Source: Candidatus Bathyarchaeum tardum (GTDB lineage Archaea > Thermoproteota > Bathyarchaeia > Bathyarchaeales > Bathyarchaeaceae). Taken from it: a DNA stretch of 64,000 nt. Below are positions 61,815-64,000 of the stretch, piece after piece. A program made the translations under genes and the position numbers. The notes beneath the pieces are model-generated. The model made no database searches, was not told the DNA's origin, and worked only from the letters and a program-made list of their open reading frames with translations. The stretch is from the NCBI GenBank assembly GCA_024650005.2, contig CP122380.1:480001-544000 (forward strand), given 5' to 3'. The first letter of the stretch is position 1; the number at the start of each line of letters is the position of its first letter.

Positions 61815-62405
61815 TTGTCAAAAAAGAAAAAAATCAAACGGAAAAGCTTTGCAGCCCGAGAAGATTTGCTCGAACATATGAACTTAATTGCTAAAGATAA
61901 CGACTTGAGCCTTTACAAGTACGTAAATGACGTGTTTGAATTAACTATACGGGCAAACGAGATGGGGGTCACCTTTGACAGGTTGCTTAACTCCCGTGAG
62001 TTATTAAATGACGCAAAAGAAAACGGTTACACCCTTGGTTTGGAAAGCATATGGTACGCAATGGCTGATCTTGCATATAGTAATGCAAAAAGAAAATCTT
62101 TAGATAGCTGGTTTGACGCTGGTGTTTGGTTAGCAAAACGATACCTTACAGGAAAAAGCCCTGACCCTTTTGAAACTTTTACAAAAGATTTAAGCGATTT
62201 TACTTGGAACATTCCTGAGCTTGACTTCAAGAAAACAGCAGATGCTCTTTCAGTTCGGGTTGTAAGTCCCCGTTTGCCTGAATCCTACACCATGCTCTTT
62301 ATGTCTTTTCTTGAAGGATCCATACAAACTTTTGGTTACCAAATTGAAACTAAAGATACTTCGCGGGGAATCATCTGTTTACATGCAACTAAAAAATCGC
62401 AGTAG
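61815..62405 (+). CDS. Putative RHH plus V4R-like regulator
   Basis: N-terminal RKSFAAREDLL..IAK..LSLY..V (RHH pattern); C-terminal GVWLAK...FLEG. Confidence 0.55.
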   Translation: MSKKKKIKRKSFAAREDLLEHMNLIAKDNDLSLYKYVNDVFELTIRANEMGVTFDRLLNSRELLNDAKENGYTLGLESIWYAMADLAYSNAKRKSLDSWFDAGVWLAKRYLTGKSPDPFETFTKDLSDFTWNIPELDFKKTADALSVRVVSPRLPESYTMLFMSFLEGSIQTFGYQIETKDTSRGIICLHATKKSQ

Positions 62406-62470
62406 TTGGCTGTACTAATAAATAGAATTATAAACCGTTTCACACACGGTTGACATGTAGGAAATGAGGA

Positions 62471-63043
62471 ATGTCTAAAGCTAAGGATAAACGGCTAGTT
62501 TACATACCGGGCGACCTAGTGGAAGAAATCAAAGAGATTTCCAGGCGCCGCGGAGAATCCTTAAGCCTATTTGTAAGTGACATTTTGAAGCTCGCATTAA
62601 AAGCACACAACCTAGGATACGGTCCTAAACAAGCTGCCGAATTTTTAGACGTCATGCGCTCCCAACGGAACTTAGGCGGAGTTTTTGTACCTGCTGACGT
62701 TTTAGAATACTTGAATGAAGCAGCTTGTGAATCAGAAACTGAACAACTGAAAATGAAATGGTACGAAAGCGGAAAATGGCACGGTAAGTACATTAAAGAA
62801 AAATTCAATGATCCTGTTCAGACTCTTCGAAACTTTCTTGAAGCCACGCGATGGGACTTAAGCGAAGTTGAAGTAACAAACAACCAAAACATCGTTAAAT
62901 TTCGTTGCATATCAACCCTGCTAACTGGAGAAGCAACTGAATTGCTCGCCCGCTTCATAGAAGGGGCAATGCATAATATGGGTTACACTACACAAAAAAG
63001 TGACGCAATGAAAGGAATGATACTTTTAGATTTTGTAAAATGA
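62471..63043 (+). CDS. Putative RHH plus V4R-like regulator (paralog)
   Basis: RLVYIPGDLVEEIKEISRRRGESLSLFVSDIL; GKWHGK...FIEGAM. Confidence 0.6.
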   Translation: MSKAKDKRLVYIPGDLVEEIKEISRRRGESLSLFVSDILKLALKAHNLGYGPKQAAEFLDVMRSQRNLGGVFVPADVLEYLNEAACESETEQLKMKWYESGKWHGKYIKEKFNDPVQTLRNFLEATRWDLSEVEVTNNQNIVKFRCISTLLTGEATELLARFIEGAMHNMGYTTQKSDAMKGMILLDFVK

Positions 63044-63350
63044 ATTTTAAATACTTCAATAAAAATGTCTATTATGGCATGATTGAACATTCAATATTTA
63101 CTGATTTATTCAAGCATTTTTGTGTCGTTTTTTTCATTCCTGAATTGTTTTGTCGTAAGATTTGCGACAAATTTGGAATATAATAATATAGTGATAAAAA
63201 ATCTTTATTTATTACAAATTAGGTATGTTTTTTATATGTTTTATTCATTACGGTGTTTTCATTCTAAAGTATGTATACATTTTAATGTACGATCCAGAAA
63301 GTGTGCACATTAAATATAAATAGTGGTTTCAAGAACCCGAATAGACAGGT

Positions 63351-63382
63351 GAAGCAAAAGCTGATATTATCAGCGACGCTTC
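63351..63382 (+). other. 5' UTR hairpin of the putative S-layer mRNA
   Basis: GAAGC-aaaa-GCTGAT-att-ATCAGC-gac-GCTTC between TATA-like TTAAATATAAATA (~63310) and ATG 63404. Confidence 0.55.
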
Positions 63383-63403
63383 CATTTAATAAACGGAGAA
63401 AAA

Positions 63404-64000
63404 ATGAAAATGCAAATAAATAAAAAAATATACTCAGGTCTTTTAGTAACGCTACTAGCCCTATCCGCAATCGCAATCGCAATTCCTTCTGCATACGCAG
63501 CTGTCACTGATATTACAGTAAAAAATTCAATTACCGGTGTTACAATTACTAGCGCAACTGTCGGAACAATGGTCAACATTGAAGGTGTAGGTGCTACTAA
63601 CTTCGGTCTGGTCCAGATTTTCTGGGATAGTCTAGGTACGAAATTAGGAGAAGCCTATGCTGATGGCAGTGGCAACTTCATATTGAGAAACGTCTTAATT
63701 CCTGAAGACGTTGCTGGGACTCACAATATTATTGCCCAGGATCAATTATCAAGCACTATCTACGCCGAAGTCTTCACTATTAACCCTAAGGTAACTGTTT
63801 CTTCAAACAAAGCCTTACCTGGTGACTCACTTACAGTTGCAGGAACTGGTTTGGGCGACGAAACTGCCGTAAAACTTTACCTGGGAGCACTAACTCCTGT
63901 AACATCCGAAGCACTAGACATGACAACAATGATGTTGGAACACACACCAGTGGTAATCAAAACAGTTGATATGGATGTCGACGTACTAATTAACGGAACC
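63404..64000 (+). CDS. Probable S-layer/major surface protein with Ig-like repeats (3'-truncated; absent from the ORF track)
   Basis: Open to the window end: MKMQINKKIYSGLLVTLLALSAIAIAIPSAYA signal, then VGTMVNIEG..ADGSGNF..IPEDVAGTHNIIA..FTINPKVTVS..PGDSLTVAGTG; GGAG SD. Confidence 0.75.
   Translation, partial: MKMQINKKIYSGLLVTLLALSAIAIAIPSAYAAVTDITVKNSITGVTITSATVGTMVNIEGVGATNFGLVQIFWDSLGTKLGEAYADGSGNFILRNVLIPEDVAGTHNIIAQDQLSSTIYAEVFTINPKVTVSSNKALPGDSLTVAGTGLGDETAVKLYLGALTPVTSEALDMTTMMLEHTPVVIKTVDMDVDVLINGT

Overview
Archaeal chromosomal segment, most likely Bathyarchaeia (inferred from the thermosome, Tes, a DGGGP synthase-like gene, PAC2, XPD, paralogous 'PQQ-like' beta-propeller surface proteins and tandem Lrp genes). 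In order it carries: an ether-lipid/glycosylation cluster (GT4, DUF1616-like, epimerase, UbiA, Tes); gatB and gatCA; a chemotaxis set (cheY, D, C, C, R, a soluble 2xPAS MCP, W, B, with cheA displaced about 8.5 kb); a type IV pilus locus divergent from cheA, with an exactly duplicated major pilin and no recognisable archaellum accessory genes or cheF; trmB; a metY-metX-metW operon; a MoxR/vWA pair; an XPD helicase; and the start of a probable S-layer gene. The most striking unexplained signal is a ~125-nt covarying RNA element just downstream of both beta-propeller genes. It folds into a canonical bulge-helix-bulge (EndA splicing substrate) enclosing a 96-nt segment in both copies, and that segment carries an antisense copy of a Shine-Dalgarno/AUG region. 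I recognised no tRNA, rRNA, CRISPR array or transposase.
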